Assembly (NCBI GenBank): GCA_020631815.1
Contig: JACKGW010000003.1
Coordinates: 175,169-239,168 of the forward strand
Length of the DNA: 64,000 bases
Direction: 5' to 3'
Source of the DNA: Planctomycetota bacterium
GTDB lineage: Bacteria > Planctomycetota > PLA2 > JAEUHO01
Position 1 is the first letter of the stretch, and each line of letters opens with the position of its first letter. Position numbers and translations under genes: made by a program. Positions 27,320-34,735 of this stretch are shown here, piece by piece. Below the pieces are notes generated by a model, which saw only the letters and a list, made by a program, of their open reading frames with translations, did no database searches and had not been told where the DNA came from.

Positions 27320-28495
27320 ATGCACCTCGAGGACGTGGCCTTCCTGGCGGGTGACGCCGGGCGCGAGGCGCGGGAGGCCGCGCGCGCGCTTCGCGACAAG
27401 CCGCTGCACCAGCGCCACCGGGCCCTGTCGCGCACCTACGACAGCGACCGGGCCCGCCTGCTGCTGGAGCAGGACGACCTCGAGCGACGTGCCGGGGCCA
27501 AGGTGCCCGATCCCACGCAGTGGCTGTTCGAGCGCGAAGCCCTGGAGCAGGCCACGCCTTGGCCGGTGGCCGCCGAGCGTGCCACGCGCTGGCCCGGCGA
27601 TCCCACGGCCACGCTGGTGGACGTGGGATCGGGCGCCGGCGTGGATGCGCTGGCCGTCGCGGCCACCGGTCGCCCGGTGATCGCCTACGAGCGCGATCCC
27701 GTCTGCGCGGCGCTGCTGCGTGCGAATGCCGCGGCCCTGGGGCTTGCCGAGCGGGTCGATGTCCGCGCCGAGGACGCGCCCGATGTCCTTCCCGCGGCGC
27801 TCGTGTTCGTAGATCCCGACCGACGCGTCGGTGGCCAGCGCCACGACGATGCCACGTCGTTCGCGCCGCCGCCCGACGCGTGGCGCGCGTGGAGCGAACG
27901 CGCCGGCGCCCTGGTGGTGAAGGTGGCACCGGCCACGGCGTGGCCCGAGGACGCGGGCGACACACCGCCCTTCGAGGTCGTGTCGCTCGCCGCTCGCGCG
28001 CGCGAACGACGCCTCCTGCTCGCGGGCTTCCACGACGCGCCGCCGCGCCGCGCGCTGTGCTTGCCCGAAGGGACCTCGATCGAAGGCGATGGCCACGAGG
28101 AGCTGCCGGAGGTCGGCGAGCTCGAGGCGGGCGTCTGGCTGCTCGACCCCGACACCGCCGTGCACCACGCCGACCTCGTCTCGGCGCTCGCGGCGCGCGA
28201 TGGCCTTGCGACGCCCTGCGCAGGTCGCACGGACTACTTGCTCGGCGAGGCGCGCGTGCCGGAGGCACCGGGTACGTGGCTGCGCGTGGACGCCGTGCTT
28301 CCCCCCGACGCCAAGCGCATCAACCGCTGGTTCGCCGAGGCCGGCGTGGGGCGCGTCGACATCCGCAAGCGTGGCGTGGACGACCGTGCGGAAGCGTGGC
28401 GCAAGCGCCTGCGGCTGTCGGGCCGCGAGGCCGGTCACCTCGTGCTGCTGCGCGGCCCTACGGGACGCCCGGTCGCCTGCGTCGGCAAGCTCTAG
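27320..28495 (+). CDS. Class I SAM-dependent methyltransferase (THUMP-like C-terminal region likely)
   Basis: Motif I LVDVGSGAGVDALAVA followed by an acidic loop …YERDP…. Start at ATG 27320 (MHLEDVAFLAGD…) within track ORF 26918..28495. Confidence 0.6.
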   Translation: MHLEDVAFLAGDAGREAREAARALRDKPLHQRHRALSRTYDSDRARLLLEQDDLERRAGAKVPDPTQWLFEREALEQATPWPVAAERATRWPGDPTATLVDVGSGAGVDALAVAATGRPVIAYERDPVCAALLRANAAALGLAERVDVRAEDAPDVLPAALVFVDPDRRVGGQRHDDATSFAPPPDAWRAWSERAGALVVKVAPATAWPEDAGDTPPFEVVSLAARARERRLLLAGFHDAPPRRALCLPEGTSIEGDGHEELPEVGELEAGVWLLDPDTAVHHADLVSALAARDGLATPCAGRTDYLLGEARVPEAPGTWLRVDAVLPPDAKRINRWFAEAGVGRVDIRKRGVDDRAEAWRKRLRLSGREAGHLVLLRGPTGRPVACVGKL

Positions 28496-29083
28496 CTACC
28501 GGGGCGCGAGGAAGTCGAAGGGGCTCTCGGCCGGGGCCGGCGGCGGCGGCTCGACGATGCGCGGGCTCTCGCCGGGCTCCATGCCGTGCTGGCGACGCCA
28601 GACGTCGCTCACGTCGTTGGGCAGGAAGAACATCTCGATGCGGCGATTGATGAGGCCTTCCATCTCGACGTTGCGCGTGTCGTCGCTCCAGTCGGCGGCC
28701 ATGGGGTTGCCCGGGTCGCGCATGTCGGCGTTGATCTGGCGGACGACGTTGGTCTCGGTGCGGAAGTACCCCGCGCGCCCGGTGACCGGGAAGATGCGCA
28801 CGGTGGCCCGATCGCGGTACCCATCGCGCGAGAACGGCGACATCGACGAGCGCCAGTGCGTCACGAGCACGCCGCTCTGCGGCGACGAGTTGTCGTCGTC
28901 CACGGTCATCCCCTGCTCACGCAACACCTGCCACGCCGTCTGGTAGACGGTGTACTGGCTGGGCGCCGGGAAGCCGTCCGAGCGGACAGCCCCCTCCACC
29001 TGGCCGCTGCCACCCGACTGGCAGCCGGGCAGCGCAAGGAGGACGAACGACAGGGCCACGGGGGCAAGGCGGTGCAAACGCAT
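28496..29083 (-). CDS. Hypothetical lipoprotein
   Basis: Start at ATG 29083 gives MRLHRLAPVALSFVLLALPGC-QSGG (lipobox). Composition is coding-like. I do not recognise a family. Confidence 0.6.
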   Translation of the reverse strand: MRLHRLAPVALSFVLLALPGCQSGGSGQVEGAVRSDGFPAPSQYTVYQTAWQVLREQGMTVDDDNSSPQSGVLVTHWRSSMSPFSRDGYRDRATVRIFPVTGRAGYFRTETNVVRQINADMRDPGNPMAADWSDDTRNVEMEGLINRRIEMFFLPNDVSDVWRRQHGMEPGESPRIVEPPPPAPAESPFDFLAPR

Positions 29084-29129
29084 GGCGTCACCCTCCGCCT
29101 CGCCGGTCACGTCAGCGTCACTCGCCGCG

Positions 29130-29340
29130 GCGATGGGGTGTCCAGTGCCCACCGTGGGCGGCACCGCGAGCGGCGACGGCGCCGAGCCCAGGAATCAGGG
29201 CCCCGAACCACGCCGGAATTCCGGCGCGGCGCCGGCGGCATGCCGCCGGGGCGATCGCGGCGGCATGCCGCCGGGCTTGGGGCCAGCAGGCGGCGGGACT
29301 CCGCCGCTCGCGCCCGGGTGAGCCCGGGTGAGCCCGGTCA
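29130..29340. repeat. Intergenic repeat copy A: 102-bp core, two GGCGGCATGCCGCC palindromes and a short 10-bp tandem
   Basis: Core at 29130-29231 contains CCGGAATTCCGG (29213-29224). The 14-nt palindrome occurs at 29234-29247 and 29259-29272. GCCCGGGTGA is repeated about 2.5 times at 29312-29340. Confidence 0.8.
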
Positions 29341-29374
29341 GTGGTGAGGGGCTGCCCTGGCACCGCACTGCGAG

Positions 29375-30847
29375 TCAGTCCCCCTCCGCCAAGGCTGCGC
29401 GAAGAGGTCCGCACAGCAGACGGCGGCCGCTGGCGCCAGACGCCGCGAATGCCCTTCGAAGATGGCCCCAGGCGTCGTCCCCCGGCGCGAGTCGGGCGAT
29501 GACGCGGGCGATCTCCTCCTGCGTGCTGTCCGGCATCGTCGAGAGCTCGCGAGCCCAGGTCAGGGCCCATACGGACACGTCGTCACCCGCCGAGGCGCCG
29601 GAGAGCACGGCTCGCATGGGCGCTTCGTCGCGCATGAGGCGCCAGGTGGCCAGCGCCGCCAGGGCAACCGCGTCCTCGTCCTCGGTCGCGAGCTGGCCGC
29701 GAAGGAGCGAGCGCACGGAAGGCGCATCCAGGGGATGGTGCAACACCGCGCGCGTAGCCTCGTACTGCGCGCTCGGTCGGACGGCGTGATCCAGCTCACG
29801 AACCTGACGTGCGCCCGAGCGACCGTGCTGCAGCATGATCCTCAGGCGTTCCAAGTCACCCGCTGCATTCGGGCCCGATGCCTCCTCGATCGCGACAAGG
29901 ATTGCGTCGCCCAGGGTCGCCATCTCCCGAAGCGCGCGCAGGGCGCCCAGAGCGATCTCGGGTCGCGATCCGTTGGCCCACGTAACCAGCAGCTGCTGCG
30001 TGTCGTCCGACGCGCCGTCGACCTTGGCGAGGCACCGGGGGAGCCACGTCGCCAGCTGCTCGATGTTGCCCTTGGCAAGCTCGCGAAACCAAGGCGCCAG
30101 GGAGCCGTCACGCGCATCCAGGTGGTACAGCGCGACGAGCGCGCTCTCCCGCTCCTCGCGCCGCGGATCCGCCGCCCACTGCATGAGCGATGCCACCGAC
30201 CCTTCGGACAAGTCGGCGCGGCTTCGCACGCGGTTGGCCGCCATGACCGAGGTCCTCGTGTCTCCGTGGGCAAGAGCCCTCTCGAGCACCTGCGCCCGAA
30301 CATCGGCATCGACCATGTGGCTTCCGGGCACCAAGGCTCGAACGGCTAGCCAGGCCCACTCCGTAGTGGCCATCGCGAGGAGCTCTTGTTCGTGGCCGCC
30401 ATGCACGTACGCGAGCAAGGCGCGCTGGTGGGCGCCGAGCTCCGTCTCGGGTGCATTGAGTCCCGCCATCGGACCCGCGGCCGGATCGACATCGAGCGAG
30501 CCAGCCATGCGGAGCCTGATGACACGATCGAACATGTCCTTGCACGTGCCGACATCGCCGAGGGCCGCGGCAAGCTCCGCTCCCTGCAACGATTCACGGC
30601 ACTCGCACTCGCTCCAGGCGAGCGCTGCGGGCCCTGACGCTGGCCGACCGTCCTCCAGACCGGCCCGCCCCGCGAGGCCCGGCTGGGTCAGGAGCCTCGA
30701 CACCTTCAGATCGTTGCTGACCGCGTCGCCTGCCGGAATCGACTCTGCTGCGTCCTCCGACCATCCCCCCCGCAACGCAGCAGCCAAGGCCGCGGCCACA
30801 CCCACCGAAGCAACGAGGAGCAGGCCGCGAGCGGTGAGGGGTGGCAC
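29375..30847 (-). CDS. Hypothetical membrane-anchored all-alpha (HEAT/ARM-like repeat) protein
   Basis: Long Ala/Leu/Arg-rich helical sequence after the hydrophobic segment GLLLVASVGVAAALAAAL. The start is uncertain; GTG 30847 was chosen because upstream sequence belongs to repeat copy B. The track ORF runs to 31381. Confidence 0.5.
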   Translation of the reverse strand: MPPLTARGLLLVASVGVAAALAAALRGGWSEDAAESIPAGDAVSNDLKVSRLLTQPGLAGRAGLEDGRPASGPAALAWSECECRESLQGAELAAALGDVGTCKDMFDRVIRLRMAGSLDVDPAAGPMAGLNAPETELGAHQRALLAYVHGGHEQELLAMATTEWAWLAVRALVPGSHMVDADVRAQVLERALAHGDTRTSVMAANRVRSRADLSEGSVASLMQWAADPRREERESALVALYHLDARDGSLAPWFRELAKGNIEQLATWLPRCLAKVDGASDDTQQLLVTWANGSRPEIALGALRALREMATLGDAILVAIEEASGPNAAGDLERLRIMLQHGRSGARQVRELDHAVRPSAQYEATRAVLHHPLDAPSVRSLLRGQLATEDEDAVALAALATWRLMRDEAPMRAVLSGASAGDDVSVWALTWARELSTMPDSTQEEIARVIARLAPGDDAWGHLRRAFAASGASGRRLLCGPLRAALAEGD

Positions 30848-30865
30848 GTGGCAGAAGAGTACGCG

Positions 30866-31030
30866 GTCGCCGGCGGCATGCCGCCGCGGCGGGAGCTGAG
30901 GCGCGGCGGCATCCCGCCGCCTCTGCGATGGGGTGCTGAGTGCCCACCGGAGGGCGCCGCATTGGCCGCGGCGACGCCGACCCCTGAAATCAGGGCCCCG
31001 AACCACGCCGGAATTCCGGCGCGGCGGCGA
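30866..31030. repeat. Intergenic repeat copy B: palindromes followed by the 102-bp core
   Basis: GGCGGCATGCCGCC at 30872-30885, with a degenerate copy (GGCGGCATCCCGCC) at 30905-30918. Core at 30925-31026; its last 39 nt (AATCAGGGCCCCGAACCACGCCGGAATTCCGGCGCGGCG) are identical to copy A. Confidence 0.8.
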
Positions 31031-31041
31031 GCGCCTGCCAC

Positions 31042-32667
31042 CTACTCGCGATTCACGGCCAGGACGGTGCGGGAGCCTGCCCGTACCTCCACGTGTCCGG
31101 CTTCCAGGAGATCGCCGCGGACGGAGGCGCGGTAGGCCCACGCGCCGGCGGGGACGAAGAAGGTGTGACTTCCCGCCTCGACACCGGCCGTGACGCGACG
31201 CTCCGGGAATGTCAGCTGCAGGAGGAACGCGCCGCTGGTCCATCCCGCGACGTCCAGCCTGCCGAACGCCGGCATCTCCACCTGGACGGGCACCGTGGTC
31301 GGTCCGGTGTGGACGAGGCTCCCCTCCCAACTGAGCGCGTACTGCGAGATGGCGCCGCTGGGGAACACGCGAACGCGCCACGCGCCCTCGGGCAGCTCGG
31401 TCTCGAAGATCCCCGGCTCCTTCGTGGGCTTCAGCGCCCGTACGTGCTGCTCACCGGAGCGCATGGCGGTCACGTTGAACGTGCAAGCCAACGAGGTGGC
31501 AGAGGGAATGGCGAAGCGGCAGGTGTGAACGGGCAGGGGATCCAGCTCGACGAGCTGCTCGACGATGGCGGCGCCGGGGGGGATCGTGAAGCTGATCGCC
31601 GCAGGAGCGTAGCCGAACGCTTGGATGCGAGCGGGGATCTCTGCAAGTCTGCCCTGCCGCAGGGCGCTCCCCACGCGTGCCAGGGCGACATGCCCGAGAC
31701 CTTCCGTGCACGGGAAGCCCGTGCTGAGCTTGCCCTCGACCTGCATCCGCACGCGCGCCGCGGGCACCGGCTGGTGGCTACTCGAGTCCACCACCCGGAG
31801 GCGCAGCTGCAGGCTGCGCTCGGCAACGAGCTCGACGCCCTCGCTGGGTGCGTCGATACCCGGGCGTGAGGCAGGGACGAAGCTCCACGCCATGTCCGAG
31901 GTCGTAAGGAAGTAGTGGTTCTCCGCCAGGCCGGAGAGGGCGAAGCTCCCGTCCCCTGCCGTGACGGCGCGGGCCTCCTCGAAGTTGAATGACGAGTAGA
32001 GGTACTCCTCCGTGTCGTACCCCGTGGACGTCTTGACGCCCGGCGACCTACGTCGGCGGCGAGCGACGACTTCGAGGCCATGCACGGGCTCGCCGTCTGC
32101 GGTCGTCACCCGTCCTGAGATCTGAAGCCCCGGATCCGCGAGCAGCGAGACCTGCAGCACCTGACCGCGCTTGAGACTCCCCTCGACGACGACCTTGCGA
32201 TGCGCGGGCCCCGCAATGCCGACGCTGACGCGGAGCTCCGCTTGTCCCGCGAACCACTTGTCGGGAACCGGGATCTCGACGACATCCGCCTCCATGGGCT
32301 GCCGACGGGTGACCGGTTCGCCCGTCTCGCCGTCAGCCGCCACGAAGGCCGTGATCGAGGCGAGCTCCGCGGCACCCGTACACGTGACGCGGACCCGAGA
32401 GCGGGCGAGCGGAACTGGCGAGCCCTCCGCTTCGGGACCAGGGGGCGCGTCAGCTGCCTTCGGCTGCAGCCCTGTACCTCGAAGCGACACCGCTGGCGCC
32501 CCCTCGTTACCCCGGTCTTCGGCGGCCGAACCGCCCGAGGGTGTGGCCTCGTCCGTGTCGGAGGTCGAGGGGGACACATCGGGGCCCGGTGCAAAGACGT
32601 GCAGTGCCAGGGCGACGACCAGCAGCAGTCCAACGAGTGCGAGCGGTCGGCGGCGGTGCCAGAGCAC
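31042..32667 (-). CDS. Membrane-anchored protein with carboxypeptidase-regulatory-like (CarboxypepD_reg) domains
   Basis: N-terminal TM RRRPLALVGLLLVVALALHVF, a low-complexity linker, then ISGRVTTADGEPVHGLEVV…GDGSFALSGL motifs typical of the CarboxypepD_reg fold. GTG start as in the track. Confidence 0.6.
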   Translation of the reverse strand: MLWHRRRPLALVGLLLVVALALHVFAPGPDVSPSTSDTDEATPSGGSAAEDRGNEGAPAVSLRGTGLQPKAADAPPGPEAEGSPVPLARSRVRVTCTGAAELASITAFVAADGETGEPVTRRQPMEADVVEIPVPDKWFAGQAELRVSVGIAGPAHRKVVVEGSLKRGQVLQVSLLADPGLQISGRVTTADGEPVHGLEVVARRRRRSPGVKTSTGYDTEEYLYSSFNFEEARAVTAGDGSFALSGLAENHYFLTTSDMAWSFVPASRPGIDAPSEGVELVAERSLQLRLRVVDSSSHQPVPAARVRMQVEGKLSTGFPCTEGLGHVALARVGSALRQGRLAEIPARIQAFGYAPAAISFTIPPGAAIVEQLVELDPLPVHTCRFAIPSATSLACTFNVTAMRSGEQHVRALKPTKEPGIFETELPEGAWRVRVFPSGAISQYALSWEGSLVHTGPTTVPVQVEMPAFGRLDVAGWTSGAFLLQLTFPERRVTAGVEAGSHTFFVPAGAWAYRASVRGDLLEAGHVEVRAGSRTVLAVNRE

Positions 32668-32778
32668 GTCAGCTCCCCATCGCTCGGTGAGGCTGGGCCG
32701 TCCGCCTCGGCGAGGACCCTACGGTACGTCAGATGGCTTCCGCCCGGCGTGCCGCCCCAAGCTCTGAACTCCAGGCTG

Positions 32779-32845
32779 CCGAGGACGCCTGAACTCCGGC
32801 GCAGCGGCGGCATGCCGCCGGCCTCGCGGCCAGCCGGCGGCGCAA
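32779..32845. repeat. Intergenic repeat copy C (partial)
   Basis: CTGAACTCCGGCGCAGCGGCGGCATGCCGCCGG…GGCCAGCCGGCGGCG parallels the 3' half of copy A. A perfect palindrome lies at 32806-32819. CTGAACTCC is duplicated at 32764 and 32789. Confidence 0.6.
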
Positions 32846-32864
32846 CCGACACCGTACGCGCGCG

Positions 32865-33710
32865 TCACTTCGCCCGCGGGTCGAGCGCCCGGCGTAAGCC
32901 GTCGCCGAGGAGGTTGAAGCCGAGGACGGTGATCGCGATGGCGACGCCGGGGGGCACGATCACCCACTGCTCGCGGCCGGTGGCGTAGCGGTAGCCGTCC
33001 TTGAGCATGACGCCCCACTCTGCCACGCGGGCCTCGGGGCCGAGGCCGAGGAACGACAGGCCGGCGGCAGCGAGGATGGCGTGGCCCACGCCGAGCGTGG
33101 CCAGCACGAGGATGGGTGCGAGGCAGTTGGGCAGGACTTGGCGCACGAGGATGCGCTGCGGCGAGAAGCCCATCGCCCGCGCGGCCGTCACGTACTCGAG
33201 TCCGCGCACCTGCAGGACCGACGCACGCACCTGACGCGCGACGGTGGGGACGGCGACGACCGCGACGGCCACGATGACCGTTCCGACCGTGCGCGCGTCG
33301 AGCAGTGCCGCGATGGCGATGGCCAGCACCACGCTCGGGAACGCGAGCATCACGTCCACGATGCGCATGAGCACGGTGTCGACCTTGCCGCCTGCATAGC
33401 CGCTGATCGCGCCCAGGGGCACGCCCACCAGCAAGGCGAGCACCACCGAGGCCAAGCCGGTCATCAGCGAGATGCGCGCGCCGTAGAGCAGGCGCGAGAA
33501 CACGTCGTAGCCGGTGCCGTCGGTACCTAGCGGGTGGTTGCCGCCGGGGGGCACGGGCTCGTAGACGCTGCGGTCGATCTCCTTGGGGCCCCAGGGCGCG
33601 AGGTTGGCACCTGCGGCCATGAGCACGACGAGACCGACGAGCACGAGGCCGACGAGGGCGCCCTTGTCGCGGAGCAAGCGGCGCAGGGGGCCGGCGCGGC
33701 GCCCCGTCAC
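32865..33710 (-). CDS. ABC transporter permease (peptide/nickel family, DppC/OppC-like)
   Basis: Typical OppC-like sequence (…PLGTDGTGYDVFSRLLYGARISL…, EAA-type loop …EYVTAARAMGFSPQRILVRQVLPN…). Start re-placed to GTG 33710 (GTGA overlap with the upstream stop). Confidence 0.85.
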   Translation of the reverse strand: MTGRRAGPLRRLLRDKGALVGLVLVGLVVLMAAGANLAPWGPKEIDRSVYEPVPPGGNHPLGTDGTGYDVFSRLLYGARISLMTGLASVVLALLVGVPLGAISGYAGGKVDTVLMRIVDVMLAFPSVVLAIAIAALLDARTVGTVIVAVAVVAVPTVARQVRASVLQVRGLEYVTAARAMGFSPQRILVRQVLPNCLAPILVLATLGVGHAILAAAGLSFLGLGPEARVAEWGVMLKDGYRYATGREQWVIVPPGVAIAITVLGFNLLGDGLRRALDPRAK

Positions 33711-34726
33711 GACGACAGCCCCGTACGCAGCCGCGGGTCGATCCAGTGGTAGAGCAGGTCGACCACGAGGTTGACGACCACGAAGATCACGACGAACAGC
33801 AGCATGCAAGCCATCAGCACCGGGTAGTTGCGCTGGTCAGCCGCGTTGACCATGTAGGTGCCCATGCCGGGCCACGAGAAGACGGTCTCGGTGAGCACGG
33901 CGCCCGAGAGCAGCGTGCCCAGCTGCAAGCCCGTGATGGTGACCACGGGGATCAAGGCATTGCGCCGCACGTGGCGTCCGATCACCCGGCGCTCCGGCAA
34001 GCCCTTGGCGCGCGCGGTGGTGACGTAGTCGCGGCCCAGCTCTTCCAGCACCGCCGAGCGCGTCATGCGCGTGATGGTCGCCAGCGGGATCGTGGACAGA
34101 GCCAGCGCCGGCAGGGCGATGTGTTTCAACGCGCCGAGGAAGGCCGCGCCCTTCAAGCGCACGAGACTCTCGAACAGGAGGAAGTCGGTGTGGAACGTGG
34201 TGCCGGGGGCCACGTCCACGGAAGACCAGCCACCGAACGGCAGCCAGTCGAGCCACACGCCAAACACGGCGATGAGCATCATCCCGAGCCAGAACACGGG
34301 GATCGACACCCCGAGAGAGCTGACGATCTGACCCACCATGTCGAGCCATGTCCCCGGTCGAAGCGCCGAGCGCGTGCCCAGCCAGCTGCCAAGCAGGAAC
34401 GCGATCCCCAGCGCCACGACGGCCAGCTCGATCGTGGGCGGCAGCCGGCGCAGCACCACGTCGCCAACGTCTTCGTCGGTGCGCAAGTCGTGGCCGAAGT
34501 CGAGCTTCACCGCGCCACCCAGGAACGTGCCGAAGCGCTCCAAGAACGGACCGTCCAGGTTCAGGTCCTTGCGGCACTTGGCGAGCGCCTCAGGCGTGGT
34601 CGCCTGGCCCAGCTTCTCGCGGCACGGGTCGCCGGGGAACGACGTGACGATGGCGAAGACGAGGAACGACGCCGCCAGCAAGAGCGGCACCGCGAACAGC
34701 AGGCGGCGGATGGTGTAGACCAGCAT
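33707..34726 (-). CDS. ABC transporter permease (peptide/nickel family, DppB/OppB-like)
   Basis: 339 aa beginning MLVYTIRRLLFAVPLLLAASFLVFAI…, with …DYVTTARAKGLPERRVIGRHVRRNALIP…. Confidence 0.85.
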   Translation of the reverse strand: MLVYTIRRLLFAVPLLLAASFLVFAIVTSFPGDPCREKLGQATTPEALAKCRKDLNLDGPFLERFGTFLGGAVKLDFGHDLRTDEDVGDVVLRRLPPTIELAVVALGIAFLLGSWLGTRSALRPGTWLDMVGQIVSSLGVSIPVFWLGMMLIAVFGVWLDWLPFGGWSSVDVAPGTTFHTDFLLFESLVRLKGAAFLGALKHIALPALALSTIPLATITRMTRSAVLEELGRDYVTTARAKGLPERRVIGRHVRRNALIPVVTITGLQLGTLLSGAVLTETVFSWPGMGTYMVNAADQRNYPVLMACMLLFVVIFVVVNLVVDLLYHWIDPRLRTGLSS

Positions 34727-34735
34727 CCGGCCGGG

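Noticed and set aside
29232-32819. Possibility that the repeated palindromes are a CRISPR array
   Set aside because: There are only 4-5 copies of a 14-nt unit. Spacing is irregular (25 bp, 33 bp, then kilobases with genes in between). The unit is far shorter than CRISPR repeats, and no cas genes are in the window.
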